Made by a program: the position numbers and the translations under genes. The notes beneath the pieces were generated by a model, which made no database searches, was not told the DNA's origin, and was given only the letters and a program-made list of their open reading frames with translations. From assembly GCF_009834535.1 (NCBI RefSeq), contig NC_045705.1:32488001-32552000 (forward strand): a stretch of 64,000 bases of DNA. Reading direction: 5' to 3'. Positions 25,002 to 37,399 of the stretch are shown here, piece after piece. This DNA comes from Camelus ferus (Eukaryota). The number at the start of each line of letters is the position of its first letter. Position 1 is the first letter of the stretch.

Positions 25002-25941
25002 ATGGCAAAAGGCAATTATTCAGCAGTGTCTGACTTTATCCTCTTGGGACTCACAGATAATCCAGAGCTTCAAGCCATTTTCTTTGGTGTATTCCTGGTA
25101 ATCTATTTAGCTAGTGTCGTGGGTAATCTTGGTTTGATTGTGCTAATACAAGTCAGTCCTCAGCTTCACACACCCATGTATTTTTTTCTCAGCCACCTGG
25201 CTTTTGTTGATTTTTCTTTTACATCCTCTGTTACCCCCAACACCTTGGTGAATTTCCTACGTGATGTTAAAAGCATAACATTTTATGCATGCACCCTTCA
25301 GGTGTGCTGCTTCATCACATTTGCAGTTTGTGAGCAGTATTTGCTCTCAGTCATTGCATATGATAGGTATGCGGCCATCTGCAGCCCTTTACTCTACGTC
25401 ATTCTCATGCCTAAAAAACTGTAACCGAATCATCGCTAGCATGTATGTTTATGGGTTCAGTGTGGGTCTCGTACAGACAGTGGCGACATTCCAGTTGTCT
25501 TTTTGTGGCTCCAATATGGTCAACCACTTCTACTGTGATGACGTGCCCTTGGTTGCGCTGGCCTGTTCTGACACTCAGGTCAAAGAGCTGATGTTGTTAG
25601 TCATCGCTGGGTTCAATACGCTGTGCTCTCTACTGGTCGTGATCATTTCCTATGTCTTCATCCTCCTTGCCATCCTGAGGATCCGTTCTGCTGAAGAAAG
25701 TCAGAAAGCCTTTTCCACCTGTGCTTCCCATCTGACCTCCATCACCATATTTTATGGGACAATCATTTTTATGTACCTACTGCCCAAGTCAAGCCATTCT
25801 CTGAACACAGATAAGTTTGCCTTGGTGTTTTATGTGGTGGTGATTCCCATGTTAAACCCATTGATCTATAGCTTGAGGAATCAGGAAGTAAAAAGTGCAC
25901 TGAAAAGAATTACAGAGAAGTTGTGTTTGGCTGTCAAGTAA
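25002..25941 (+). pseudogene. OR5AL1: OR5AL1-like olfactory receptor pseudogene
   Basis: MAKGNYSAVSDFILLGLTDNPEL start and EKLCLAVK end match recalled OR5AL1. An apparent 2-bp deletion at about 25419 (AAA CTC TGT becomes AAACTGT) creates TAA at 25422-25424, and the ORF resumes in another frame. The real ATG is 25002, not the TTG at 24987. Confidence 0.88.
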
Positions 25942-26549
25942 CTGAAAAATCATTGGACAGGATGGCATCAGAAGACTTGGAATTGTGGCTCATTTAGAGT
26001 CACCATGCTGATAAATGAACCAACTTCCTCACTTCCAGGGCTCAGATCCATTCAGAATATGTCTCACCCACTGTTTCATTCTTAGTGATTTCCACATGAA
26101 ACACATTTTGTAAATTATGATTTACTGAATTATAAAAGGGGAGAGAAAAAAAGAGAGAGAGACAGAGAGAGATCTTAATCCTGTTTGACCACAACACCCT
26201 CTTCCTCATTAAAGAAGCAGTATTGGAAAAGAGAGGCTTTATCTGAATTCCGTGTCATCTATTGAGAAATCTGCGTTGTACTGAAATGGTAAATCAACAT
26301 CTGGTATCTTATGTTTCAAGCGTGCTGCACAGATAGTCTTGAAAGCATGTTGAAGCTTAAGAGCAAGGATATTTGGTTTTAACACTCTAGACAATCTTCC
26401 TAGCACTCCGCTTCCTGCAACTCAGCTACAAGGGCAGCCTGACATTGAACACTCGGTGACACTTATGCTGTGTCAGTTTAGTCCATTGGAGCCATTTCAC
26501 ACCATTTTAAATCATTGCCTGTTCTGTGTAAGTGTGTGATTAGGAACGT

Positions 26550-26770
26550 GGATCTTCATTCACACAGTTTGGCTAGCAATTTTAGCTTTTCCAAGTAATA
26601 GCTGTTATCTTGGGTAAATTAGTTCACAGTTCTGTTTTTTAGTTTTTTCATCAGCAAAAGGATGTAATAATTCCCTTTGTCTTGGACTAATTGTGAAGGT
26701 TCAATAAGCTTACAAATATAAAAGGCATCACACAGCTCCTAGCAAAGGGCAAGCACTTCATATATGTTGA
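26550..26770 (+). mobile_element. MIR fragment
   Basis: ttatcttgggtaaattagttcacagttctg...cagcaaaaggatgtaataattcc...ttgtgaaggttcaataag. Confidence 0.55.
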
Positions 26771-27026
26771 CTCACACCTAATGAGCAATGTTAATTATTT
26801 ATAGCATTGTTATTACATCAACTTTTTTATTACATCAACATTACTCTTTTATTTGGTTTCAGGTAGTAGTCTTTTTTTTTCCTTTCCAGAAATAGTTGCC
26901 AACATTATATGCTTTATTTTAGAATCAACAAAATGAAAATATAAAAGCTAACAAGTTATTTTATCGTAATCTTTAAAGCAATTTAACTCTTTTTAATTTC
27001 TTTTTGTGTGTGTTTATAAACATATT

Positions 27027-27212
27027 ATTAATGTATTTTTATTGACGTATAGTCAGTTTACAATGTTGTGTCAGTTTCTGGTGTACAGCACAATGCTTCA
27101 GTCATACATGAGCATACACATATTTGTTTTCATATTCTTTTTCACCGTAAGTTACTACAAGATATTGTATATAGTTCCCTGTGTTATACAGTATAAACTT
27201 GTTGTTTATCTA
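27027..27212 (-). mobile_element. Short young L1 3' end, same family as 6899-7283
   Basis: tattgacgtatagtcagtttacaatgttgtgtcagtttctggtgtacagcac...; TSD TTTA(T/C)AAACATATT at 27013-27026 and 27213-27226. Confidence 0.9.
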
Positions 27213-28829
27213 TTTACAAACATATTTTAAACTGAATTTTGAATCCTTCATTTCTGCTATTAAAATAAGCATATTTTTTCTTGAAAAAAAATTAAGCTGC
27301 TTTTGTTACGTTTAGTAAAAATTGCATTAATAAATTATGCATTTATTTAGTTTCAAACTTTTCAAAGTAAAAATAAAGCTACCATCTATTGAATGTCTTT
27401 CTGTGTGTCTGGAGCTGAATGAAATGCTTTAAATAGACAGTCTCAGTTAATTTTTATAACAACCTACTGAGATAGATATTTTAAAAATAAAGAGATCCAA
27501 AACAGTTTATGTAATTTATTAATAAACATGTAGCTAAAAACTAGAAAAAAACCCACAAGATTTGAGTTTAATTTTGTTAAATCTTAGTTTTAACAAAATA
27601 AGTGAAGAGATGATGAAGGTGGAGAAACTCTGCCCCAAACGTGGTCACTTTTTCCCTTTACTTTCTTCTCCAGCGTCCAGTACGACATGAAAGGCCCGTT
27701 TGTTGTGCCAGATTCAGGCTCACATATCTTTCAAATTGTTTTCTAATTAAAAGATTAATTTAAATCTAGTTTTTGGATGACATCTTGTGAGTCACCCTTT
27801 TTTCCCTAGCTTTTAAAATTGTGTAAAGAAGTGTAAACTTCGATTCAATTAGTGTTTAAGCATTGCTGTTATAAATATTATGAAGGAAAAAGATAAAATG
27901 AAAGTCCAGAAAAGTGGTGTTCCTCAGTGAGGCATTAAGATTCTATAGGTCTGAACTCCTTTGCCTGTAAGAGAGACTGGCTATGCTGCGCCTGTGGGCC
28001 CCGTACATGATATGTGAGAGGATGTGTGTGGACATCTGTCTATACAAATATACACTCACAAGACACAGTGTGGTAAATAGAAGCACCATGCTTCTCTGTC
28101 AAACCTGCTTTAAAAAGTTGAGAATTCATTCAGTTCACAAGATTTGAAAAGCACCTCATGGCAGCATAAATGAGTTATTTACAAATTAATCTCAGAAGAA
28201 GAAATAATCCCCTTGTACTGCAAACCTCAAACAGCATTTTATATAGCGACTGTAACTGTCAGCATCTCCTTCTAAAATGGTAAAATAATAAGATAATACT
28301 AAATCACTAATTTAACTATTTTTTATGAAATGTTAAAATAATTAAAGCATGTCAAATCACTAATATTTTCCTATCATGATCCTACAAGGGTGATTGAATA
28401 AATGACATTATAAACAAAGGTTATTTCTATTTGAACAAATATGCAAATGTATCAGTTATTTATTTTAAAACACAGTTTCTTATAAACCATGTTATTTCAC
28501 TTATATTTTAAAAAATCCAATAATGACATTTTTAAGTCCAGATACTCTATAATACTCATAGTGGTTAAGAAAACAAAATTCAGAAAGACTTTCATTTGCA
28601 TTTAGAATTTTCATAATACTAATTATGTGACCTTACACAATTTATGAAAAGTTGAGGCCCAGAGGTGAAATCTTACCCAACTCTGAGATTTGTTTTATTG
28701 CAACAAGTAACACTACGTGATTAAGTGCCCGGCAGGTAGTAGAAACCTAATCAGGCTTTTCCTTCTTACTTAAAGACGCAAATTTTTGAGAGCTCGATGA
28801 ATTATTTTTTAATTATATATAACAAACAC

Positions 28830-29070
28830 TTATATGGCAAACAATTACATAGTACTTATTATCACAGGGTATTGCTATAAGTGTTTTATAAATATTAATA
28901 TGTTTAGTCTTTAAAACCAAACAGTGAGTTGGGTCTTATTTATTTTCCAAAAATGGAAAGATAGTCACACAGAGTTCAGGTTCCTGGCCCAAAGCTGCAC
29001 AGTCAAAAAAGGAAGAAGATAGAATTCAAGTTTAGGCAGTCTTGGTTGCAGAGTCCTGAGTTCTAACAAA
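28830..29070 (-). mobile_element. MIR
   Basis: Antisense MIR pattern (cttggcccaaag-like cacagtc...agaattcaagtttaggcagtc); boundaries approximate. Confidence 0.55.
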
Positions 29071-29337
29071 AACACAGTGATGTCCTTGCTTCGGATACAT
29101 GTATGTGTATTTGAGACCATGTCTGTGTTTCTATTCGAACATAATTTCACTGATCTCTAAAGGCTATGGCGGCCTGAACAGGACTCAGAATCAAACTGAC
29201 TTTCCAGAATTGACCAGGGACCTGGTAGAACATATCAAAGCCACATTTCCAGTTGATTGGGAAAGAATTATAAGAAATGTCAGAAAGAGAAAGCTTGATT
29301 CATTTACCTTCTTGTGTTTAATAAACTATTATTACTA

Positions 29338-30297
29338 TTATTTTCTTAAATTTGACATCTTTACAGTTTCACAACCTTTCTCCAAGGCTTTCTTGGAGGC
29401 ATCTTTCACGTCTTTGTTTCTGAGGCTGTAGATTAGGGGGTTCAGCATGGGGATCACCACCGTGTAGAATACGGATGCCATTTTGTCTGTGTCCAGGGAG
29501 TGGTTGGATTTGGGCTGTAGGTACATGAAGATCAGTGTGCCGTAAAAGAGAGTGACAGCCACCATGTGGGAGCCACAGGTAGAAATGGCCTTGTGTCGCC
29601 CCTGGGTAGAGTGAATCTTCAGGATGGCGGCAGTGATAAAGATGTAGGAGGTGAGGACAATGGAAGAGGAGCAGATCATATCAAAACCAGCAAAGGCAAA
29701 GATCAGAACTTCCTTCACGTGTGTGTCTGAGCAGGACAGAGCCAAGAGAGGGAGGTCATCACAGTAGAAATGGTTAATAACATTGGGGCCACAGTAAGTT
29801 AGGCGGAAGGTGATAATGGTATGGAAGAGGGCAACTAGAAAGCTGTATACATATGGAACCGCCACTAGTTGAATGCAGACCCTCTTTGACATCAACGTGG
29901 AGTAATGCAGGGGTCTACAGATGGCTACATAGCGATCATAGGCCATGGAGGCTAAAAGGAAACACTCTGTGATCATGAAGGTGAGAAAACAGCACAGTTG
30001 TATTGCACAAGCGTGGAAAGAAATCGTGTTGTGTTCCACAACAAAATTCACCATCATCTTCGGCGTGATAGCAGAGGAGTAACAAAGGTCAACAAAGGCC
30101 AAGTGACTGAGGAAGTAGTACATGGGTGTGTGGAGCCGAGCATCCATCCTGATCAAGGAAACCAGTCCAAGGTTGCCCAGCACAGTGACCAGGTAGATGA
30201 CTAAAAACACCACAAAGCATGGGGCCTGAAGCTCTGGCCAGTCTGTAATTCCGTTGAGAATGAATTCAGTGACATGAGTGACATTAACTTCAGCCAT
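29338..30297 (-). CDS. OR8U3: Intact olfactory receptor OR8U3 (OR5R1), 319 aa
   Basis: [28 protein letters not shown]...KAISTCGSH...DASKKAL closely follows recalled human OR5R1/OR8U3; MAYDRY and all conserved Cys are intact. Confidence 0.93.
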   Translation of the reverse strand: MAEVNVTHVTEFILNGITDWPELQAPCFVVFLVIYLVTVLGNLGLVSLIRMDARLHTPMYYFLSHLAFVDLCYSSAITPKMMVNFVVEHNTISFHACAIQLCCFLTFMITECFLLASMAYDRYVAICRPLHYSTLMSKRVCIQLVAVPYVYSFLVALFHTIITFRLTYCGPNVINHFYCDDLPLLALSCSDTHVKEVLIFAFAGFDMICSSSIVLTSYIFITAAILKIHSTQGRHKAISTCGSHMVAVTLFYGTLIFMYLQPKSNHSLDTDKMASVFYTVVIPMLNPLIYSLRNKDVKDASKKALEKGCETVKMSNLRK

Positions 30298-32192
30298 TGA
30301 TTCTGATGAAGGCTGCAGATTTTACTATAAGATGAAGAACAAGAATTATATTTTTTATGGCCTGTGTCAGTGCTGGGGGAGGTGCTCACTAGCATCTTCT
30401 AGCCTTGAATTGTGTTACTTTGTGGACAAAAAGGACACCTTAGCTCTCCAACGACATGCCATTCTTGCCCCAGGGAAAGAGTTCTTTGCTCTCAGAATAC
30501 ACCTCTTAAGCATTATTTTGTTTTGTGATTTTAGAAACAATGGGAGAATGTTGGTTAAACTTAAATATCATCTGAAAGAAAGCACCTGAGACAGCTACCA
30601 GTAATATTTCAGTGGTTTTGGTGCCCCTAAATATTCTATGCACATATAAATATGGCAGCACAGCACAAAAATACATAATTTATAAATAAAAGCAAATTTA
30701 TATTCCCGTTTTTCATTTTTGTGCACATTCCAACAGTTTTAAAAATTGTCAAAGCGATCTGTGACTGACTCACTTTCCTGCGTCCCTTCCCTGACTTACA
30801 GAGTAAGGACTGGATGCTGTAGAAGCTAAAAGGAAATTAACCAGAACTGTGGGAAAGCATCCAATTTTATCTGCATAAAAATTAAGGAGACATGTTTTTC
30901 TTTCCAATTCAAAATTAACCACACTTTGAAGTTTGTTGCCCAAAGAGTTACCATTAAGTACTTTATTAGATAACTTATTCTAAACTACATGTAGATAAAC
31001 CCCTTTCGCCATAAATATGTGTCAATATTTATGAAGGGCTTGCGACACCCAAAGTCTTATTCTAGTAGGTTTCGCTTTTAGCAACGTATCCTAAAGAACA
31101 GCCAGTTGTAATCAAACTTCTCTGGAAACATATACAGGTGGGTACAGTTCTTGATGAACACTTCTGAAAAATTGCAATTATTTTTATTTCTGCCAACTCT
31201 GAAAAACAAAAGGACTAATCTCATTAAGCCCAACGTTAGTCTATTTGAAATTTATTTTTGCCCCTGGCTTTATTTTCCCACCAAGTGGAACCATAAAATA
31301 TTAACAAAGAAAGGAGCCTTGGAAGATCATCACATCGAACTCCTTCATATTTTAATTTTATTTATTGCTGCTATAAGTATTTATCTGTTGCTGCTGAGGA
31401 CTGCCCTTATCAGATATTCTAATTTGCGCAAAACATGAATTGACTTACGATAGTCTTTTACTGAGAGTATGATGAAATTCTATCCCATCATCCCTGATTA
31501 ACAATTGAAAAAAACCCAGGTTTAGAGCTATGGTCCCAGAGATCACATGGTATAGTATGGGGGTGATCAGATTTGTCTGACTGCAAAGCCCATATTCCTA
31601 AACATCAAACTATGCTGCCCAGTGTATCTGCCAGCAACCATCCTGGCAGATACATCCATTTGTCTATAGTATGAACCTAACGTTTCAAGCTTAGAGAAGA
31701 CAAACATAAAATCTGTAGTTTCTTAAAGATTGCTAAGCTTTCCATGTGCTTTGCCAAGGTAAAATTGCAGAAGCCTGAGCTTCTAAAATGTTATTATGTC
31801 ATGCTGTCCCTCCTGGTAAATGACTGTTTCACTCAAGAACACTCTCAATTAAGGGTTCTCTACAGGGCTTGAACATACTCAACGTGTTCTCACAGTCTTT
31901 TATATCAATTCCAGCTGTGATGACATGGTTTGACTGCTAGTTGAGAATAATGAAAAGGCTACAATACAATGGAAAAGTTAAGCAGACCACCCCTTGCTGA
32001 AAAATGGGGTCAGAGGAAGAGGTTGATTTATAATCTATCATAAAATTTTACTAAAATAACAAAGGCCACCTGTGCATTAGTTTCTTTTGTTTTCTATTTT
32101 ATGTAACTTCAGGTTTGTGGTGGGTGCAACATACATGTCAAATCAGCTCAGTGAGAAAATAAATGCATCAATGAGAACATTAACTATGGTAG

Positions 32193-32657
32193 TGTGAAGG
32201 AAAAGCTGGGCTGGTGTAACAAGAGAACTCACAGGTCTAGGACTGTGAAGGAGAGGCTGGGCTGGGCTAACAAGATAACTCACAAGTCTAAGTATCGGAA
32301 TACTGATCTGAGTTCTGCTGGACTAACTTGTAAATCTAAGTTAATTAGTGTTGGTTTGCTGTTTATGTTTTTTTGCTAGCCAGCTGGGTTTTCAAAGATA
32401 CATATCTGGCTTTGGAATGTTGGTTTGCTGCCTCCCCACCTCCACTTTTGTGATGATAATGCTGCTAAAGCTGTCCCATGCCTATTGGCCGAATACCCCA
32501 AGCTTGTACTTTACCCTATAAAACCTCATGCGGACGCCTTGGAGGTGCTCAGAGCTTCGGAGCAGAAGCCCCTCTGAGCCCGCCGGCGTAATACATCTGA
32601 GCACTCCAACCCTCCGAGTGGTGCTTATTTCTTGACTGGCCTGTCGTTTCCGTAACA
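32193..32657 (+). mobile_element. Young ERV1-class solo LTR, family B, copy 2 (465 bp)
   Basis: TGTGAAGG...CGTAACA, perfect 4-bp TSD GTAG (32189-32192 / 32658-32661), TATAAAA at 32517-32523, reverse CCAAT at 32484-32488, 51-bp tandem duplication at the 5' end. Confidence 0.95.
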
Positions 32658-33290
32658 GTAGGTACTTACTATTAAGGGGAATATTTACGCAGCAAATTAA
32701 TGGTACAAAAATGAAGTTTATATATAATGGAGCTGCATGTTAAGCTGGAGTTTGGATTCCAAATTTAAAAAACTTAAAAATTACATGGAAATAAAGTTAC
32801 CTATGAAAACCTTTAAAATGCTTAAAGAGTGCAGCATTTATGATTTTGCACCTAATCTACAATTTTCTAGATTATTTTATTAATTCCTCTGTTTTTTAAA
32901 AGTAATGTTTCTTCGTAGGCTCCAGTTAGTTTCTGAGATTGCTCTGAAGCAGTTACCACACAAAGCCTCACCATTTATTCAGACATTCCCACACTCTATC
33001 AATTTTGAGGGAAATCCTTAAAGCATTGACACATTTGACCGCAAAATATTTTTAATGAGCAACGTGTTTCTTGCTTCATTGCATCTTTCCCTACGTGAGT
33101 TTTGCCTCAAATTTTACTGCACGTTGAAACCTATGAAGTTGTTAACATCCCAATATCCAGGCACCCCTCTACCAATTTATTCAGAACATCTGGGAAACAT
33201 TGAGGCATCAGCATTTTTAAAGCTCCCCAGTGGTTCTAATGGATAGCCATGTTTGAGAATCAGTAGTCGAAAGAACAAATTCAATGATTG

Positions 33291-33773
33291 TGTGAACGAA
33301 AAATACTGCAAACCATATCAGTAAACAGAGAATGCTGAAGCCATCAAGTCATCAGCAGCTGCCGCCACCCCCCAGTGAAGACAAGTCTGCAGCCTGGTCT
33401 CTGCAGCCACTCACAATAGTGCACTCTGAGGGGACTCAGAATAAGAAAGGACAGGATGCTGGCCCTAGGTGGCTAGGTGCTTGTCAAAGGAATGAATTCA
33501 CTGAGCCCAAATATTTGCTTCCTCCCATACACAGAAAAGTGCTAAATTCTTTAACTTGAGATGCCTGGTTTTCTTTAGTTAACAAGCAATCTTTTAATGT
33601 TCCAACTACTTGGTCTTTGCTGTAAAGCTCCTATATATCCTAGCCCCTCCCCTACCTCTTCAGAGCAGTCCCTCAGTGATCTGAGAGGCTGTCATCCCGG
33701 GCTGCATCCTCAGAATTGTCCACCAAATAAAACATAACTCAGCTTTTAGGTTGTGCATTTATTTCAGTCCACA
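33291..33773 (+). mobile_element. Solo LTR, ERV1-like family A, copy 2
   Basis: TGTGAACGAAAAAT...TTCAGTCCACA with TATA (ctatatat) and AATAAA; homologous to the reverse complement of 1598-2084; TSD degenerate. Confidence 0.85.
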
Positions 33774-34386
33774 GTTTGAATGGCAGGAGTAACTCACACA
33801 TACTTCCAAAGTTACTTGTTTCTCTTGGTTTTGTTTGCCCAAGCTATGACTGAATGAGTCCATCATGCCAGTCAAATTCAACTTAGAATATGCCTATTTT
33901 TTTTCATATGAAAAGACTCACCAAGGGTTAGGAGGACAAGAGCAGTTTTAAGAAGATTAATTTTCAGTACCTCCGCTTCCCAAGTCTGTCTGTGAAAACG
34001 ATTGCCTGAGAGCACCTATGGTTTTGGTCCTTTTTTATCTTGCCTTTTCAAAGTCCAGCCTTCTCCCAGCTTACAAATGAAAATATTTCTCACTCATCTG
34101 AAATCTTATATGATTCCTTTCTCCAAAGTATAAAACTATTCAGAGTTCTAAACAGTTTAGGCATTTAGTTAATTCCTTTCAGCAAAACACTCCTATCTAA
34201 TTAATAAGACAAATTTCAAACAAAAGTTAAATTTATGTTTAATGATTAATCATAAAAATTGGAAGTTTATAGGCTATTGTAATCAGTTTATACTAAAATA
34301 ATTTTAATTTTAATGCAAACAAATATTTTACTATTATAATACATAGAATCCATAGTAACTTATGGTTACAAGAATAAAATCCCAAT

Positions 34387-34388
<2 letters not shown>

Positions 34389-34425
<37 letters not shown>
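34389..34425. repeat. (GT)18 microsatellite
   Basis: Read directly from the sequence. Confidence 0.98.
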
Positions 34426-34427
<2 letters not shown>

Positions 34428-34625
34428 TTTATCTGAATTTTAAAGAAGTAAATTAAGAAAAAAGGTAAAATAACCAAAGAAATAGTTTCAGTAGTAAAAA
34501 TAAACTACTTTTACACAGAAATGGCTTGCACAATTGTGTTTAATTATAAGAAAGAAGAAAAATGGTCATTGAGAAACTCCCTCTTTCTTATTCTCTGCTC
34601 TATTAATCAAGAAATTTCCTGATTT

Positions 34626-35620
34626 GCTTACCACCTAGTGATACCATGTCCTGCCTGGTGCTCTGCCAGGGTCTCCAGTGGCTTTTCCAAGCCAAGCGTC
34701 CTTCATTCTCCAGCTACACGGAGCTTGATCTCTGTACCAGAGCCTGCAGAGGCATTGTTTACCACCAGTGCACTGCCGATGTGCAGCCCTGGCGACTTCT
34801 TCAGCCATCAGACGCTCCCTCCGTGTATCCCAAAACACATGCAAATAACATGACATGGCATGGGAAGAGGCTGGGATGCACTGGTTTGAGTCTGATTGTT
34901 TAGAGTGCAATTTGAGGCCAAATACCTATTCTGAGAAGCAATATTAGAGAAATGAAACACCAATTTCTATTTTACATTAAAAATAACAGTGAGCATCCGT
35001 TCTTTATTTAAGAAGAAATTTTTTACCTTATGTTTGGTGTTTCCAAAGACCAAAAATGGACTCAGAAAGCGTTGTTACCTACACCTAAGTATACAGCCAT
35101 TCTTGGTGACCCACTCCCATGGGACAACTTTAGACAGGAAATCTCACCTACTCTCGTATTTCTAATCCATCAACCTAGAAGAGGAGCTGTTCTCTTCTGT
35201 GGGTACCACTGCAGGAGGGAAGGTAATTCTATTTGGTTAACTCAATATAAGGTCATTTAATGTATCTGTGTCTGTGTGTGTGTAAAAGAGAGAGATAAAG
35301 ACAGAGTGAAGGGAGGAAGAGATTAGAAGATTGGTGCAGTATTTTAAGTACAACCAGATATCCTTTACAAAGAACTGCAAAGGAGAGGACATGAAAGTAA
35401 GAAATGCAATCAGGATGTTAGAGGCATTATCTCTAAAAGCAGACTGGCTCAATTAAATGCCACAGCTCACCAAGGGGAGATGTCTTTACCGGGAAGCCAG
35501 CTTGTGGCTGGAGGGTTGGCGATTCACTCCATGTACAAACTCTGTATGACTCACTGCTTAGCCAGATCCTGGCTCCCAGAGAGCTCATTCTGAAGTTGTT
35601 CGGGTGATTTATTAGTTCCT
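34626..35620 (-). promoter_or_regulatory. Candidate promoter and 5' non-coding exon of OR8U3
   Basis: Minus-strand donor GTG|GTAAGC (GT at 34631-34630) bordering a GC-richer block. O/E-like CTCCCAGAGAG near 35572, CAATTA near 35449 and TGACTCA near 35547. Confidence 0.35.
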
Positions 35621-35889
35621 AGATCCTTCTGAGTCTAAACTTGAACCTCTAGAGATACCTGAATGTGGTAATATTCCCTTCCCTGTTTTTCTGGAAGTAA
35701 GATGAGCTGGACAAATTATATTGGGGATTAAAAAATTACCTGTATTCTTGAAGGAACTATACTTCAAGTATACCAGTCAATCTCCAGTAAAGTTAAAGAA
35801 GGCTATACTACAGGCATTAAAAAAAAAAAAAAGAACAGTAAACTTTGGTTCATTTGAATAAGAATATCAAGTTATGTGAAAGAATAAAA

Positions 35890-36095
35890 CCAGCATTTAA
35901 ATTTTGGATAACTGAACTCATGAGAATGTGGACAACATCCACATTTGTTTTTTTTTTAAGTCTCAATTTCCTCAACTGTAAAATCAAGTCAAAATGATAC
36001 ATCTCTTATGTTTTTGTGAATGTTAGATGAATTATTGTATGCAAATATCCCAGCAAACTCTATGATAAGTAGTTAGTATTCAAAAGATATTTGCT
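35890..36095 (+). mobile_element. MIR
   Basis: taagtctcaatttcctcaactgtaaaat...ttttgtgaatgttagatgaatt. Confidence 0.6.
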
Positions 36096-36340
36096 TAAAA
36101 AGTAAGACAAATCAGAATAATAAATAAAATGAGGATACTCCAAGAACTTACTTGAAAAACAGAACTATTTCTACCACAGTGTCAGAGTCTCTCTTGGTGA
36201 ATCTACACTATAAGGGAAATGTATTATTATTAATGGTGAAATCCAGCTTTTTCCACAATTTTCAAACTAGAAAACCATTTTCCAACCAATTTCAGAATGT
36301 GTGTGTGTGTAAAACAGCTCAGAGCAGTAGCCAAAATTCT

Positions 36341-36485
36341 TTTTTTTTTTTTTAAGTGGGGCAGGGGAGGTAATTAGGGTTATTCATTTATTTTTTTTTT
36401 TTTTAATGGAAGTACTGGGGCTCGAACCTGGGACTTCATGCATACTAAGCATATGCTCTACTACTGAGCTATACCCACCCCCTCT
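36341..36485 (-). mobile_element. tRNA-derived SINE (camelid Vic-1-like)
   Basis: Reverse complement reads GGGTGGGTATAGCTCAGTAGTAGAG...GGTTCGAGCCCCAGTACTTCCATT plus an A-rich tail; TSD AGTAGCC(A/C)AAATTCT at 36326-36340 and 36486-36500. Confidence 0.9.
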
Positions 36486-36717
36486 AGTAGCCCAAATTCT
36501 TGAAGAAATCATGCAGTTGTTCCGATTTCCTGTACACGTTTGTTCTTTCCATCCAGCTTTTCCCTACGCCACTGAAGCCAGTCCTTTCTAGCCTGACTCT
36601 CACATTATTAATAAATACAGTAAACATTTTTCCAGTCTTAGTTGAGTCTCTTCTGAAATTTGAAAATGTGTACATTATCTACTTCCTGTCATTGATACCA
36701 CAATTTCCTTGTCTTGT

Positions 36718-37345
36718 TTTTTTTAATTGTATGAAGAACACTTAACGTGAGATCTCTGCTGCTAAGTTTTGAAGTACACAGTACAGTAGTATTAACTAGA
36801 TAGAGTGTTGCACACCAGGTTCTAGAGCTACTTGTCTTATAAACTGACACTTTCTTTCCATTAAACAACTCTTATTCACCCCTCCTCCCAGTCCCTGGCA
36901 ACCGCCATCTGACTCTGTTTCTATGACCGACTATTTCAGATACATCACAGAAGTAGAATAACGCACCATGTGTCCTTCTAGGACTGGCCTACATTACCCA
37001 TCATAATATCCCCCAGGCTCATCCGTGGTTTCACATGTGGCAGGATTTCCTTCTTTTTTAAGCCCGAGTGATGTTTCACTCTACGTACCCACCACATTTT
37101 CTTTATCCATTCATCCAATGATGGACATTTAGGTTGTTTTTATGTGTTGGCTATGGTGACTAGTACTGCAATGAACATGGGAGTAAGATATCTAGTCTAG
37201 ATCCTGATTTCAATGATTTTATATATATATGTATACATATAATGATATATTGATTATATATGTATCATCTAAAAGTGGGACTGCTGAATCATATGGAAGT
37301 TCTATTTTTAATTTGTTGAGGACCCTCTACACTGCTTTCTTAGTG
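36718..37345 (-). mobile_element. L1MA/L1MB-like 3' UTR and ORF2 end
   Basis: Typical antisense L1 text (atccattcatccaatgatggacatttaggttg...gggactgctgaatcatatggaagttctatttttaatt). Confidence 0.85.
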
Positions 37346-37399
37346 ACTATACCATCACTTCTCCTAAGTTTCCTCCTGCCACAAAACTTGGTACACTGT

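Noticed and set aside
18454-32379. Similar peptides at 18454-18672 and 32194-32379 (also 1699-2043 and 33332-33559) suggesting a small gene family
   Set aside because: They are translations of paired LTR copies.
18176-32657. Past LTR-mediated inversion explaining the opposite orientation of OR8U3
   Set aside because: Each LTR keeps its own perfect TSD, and I recall OR5R1/OR8U3 being on the opposite strand in human too.
18176-32657. One provirus flanked by the two family B LTRs
   Set aside because: The LTRs are inverted, have different TSDs and enclose host genes.
255-34600. Short matches between the OR8J 3' flank (255-525) and 34260-34595, hinting at a lost gene
   Set aside because: Only 9-14 bp AT-rich matches, within chance expectation, and no CDS remnant nearby.
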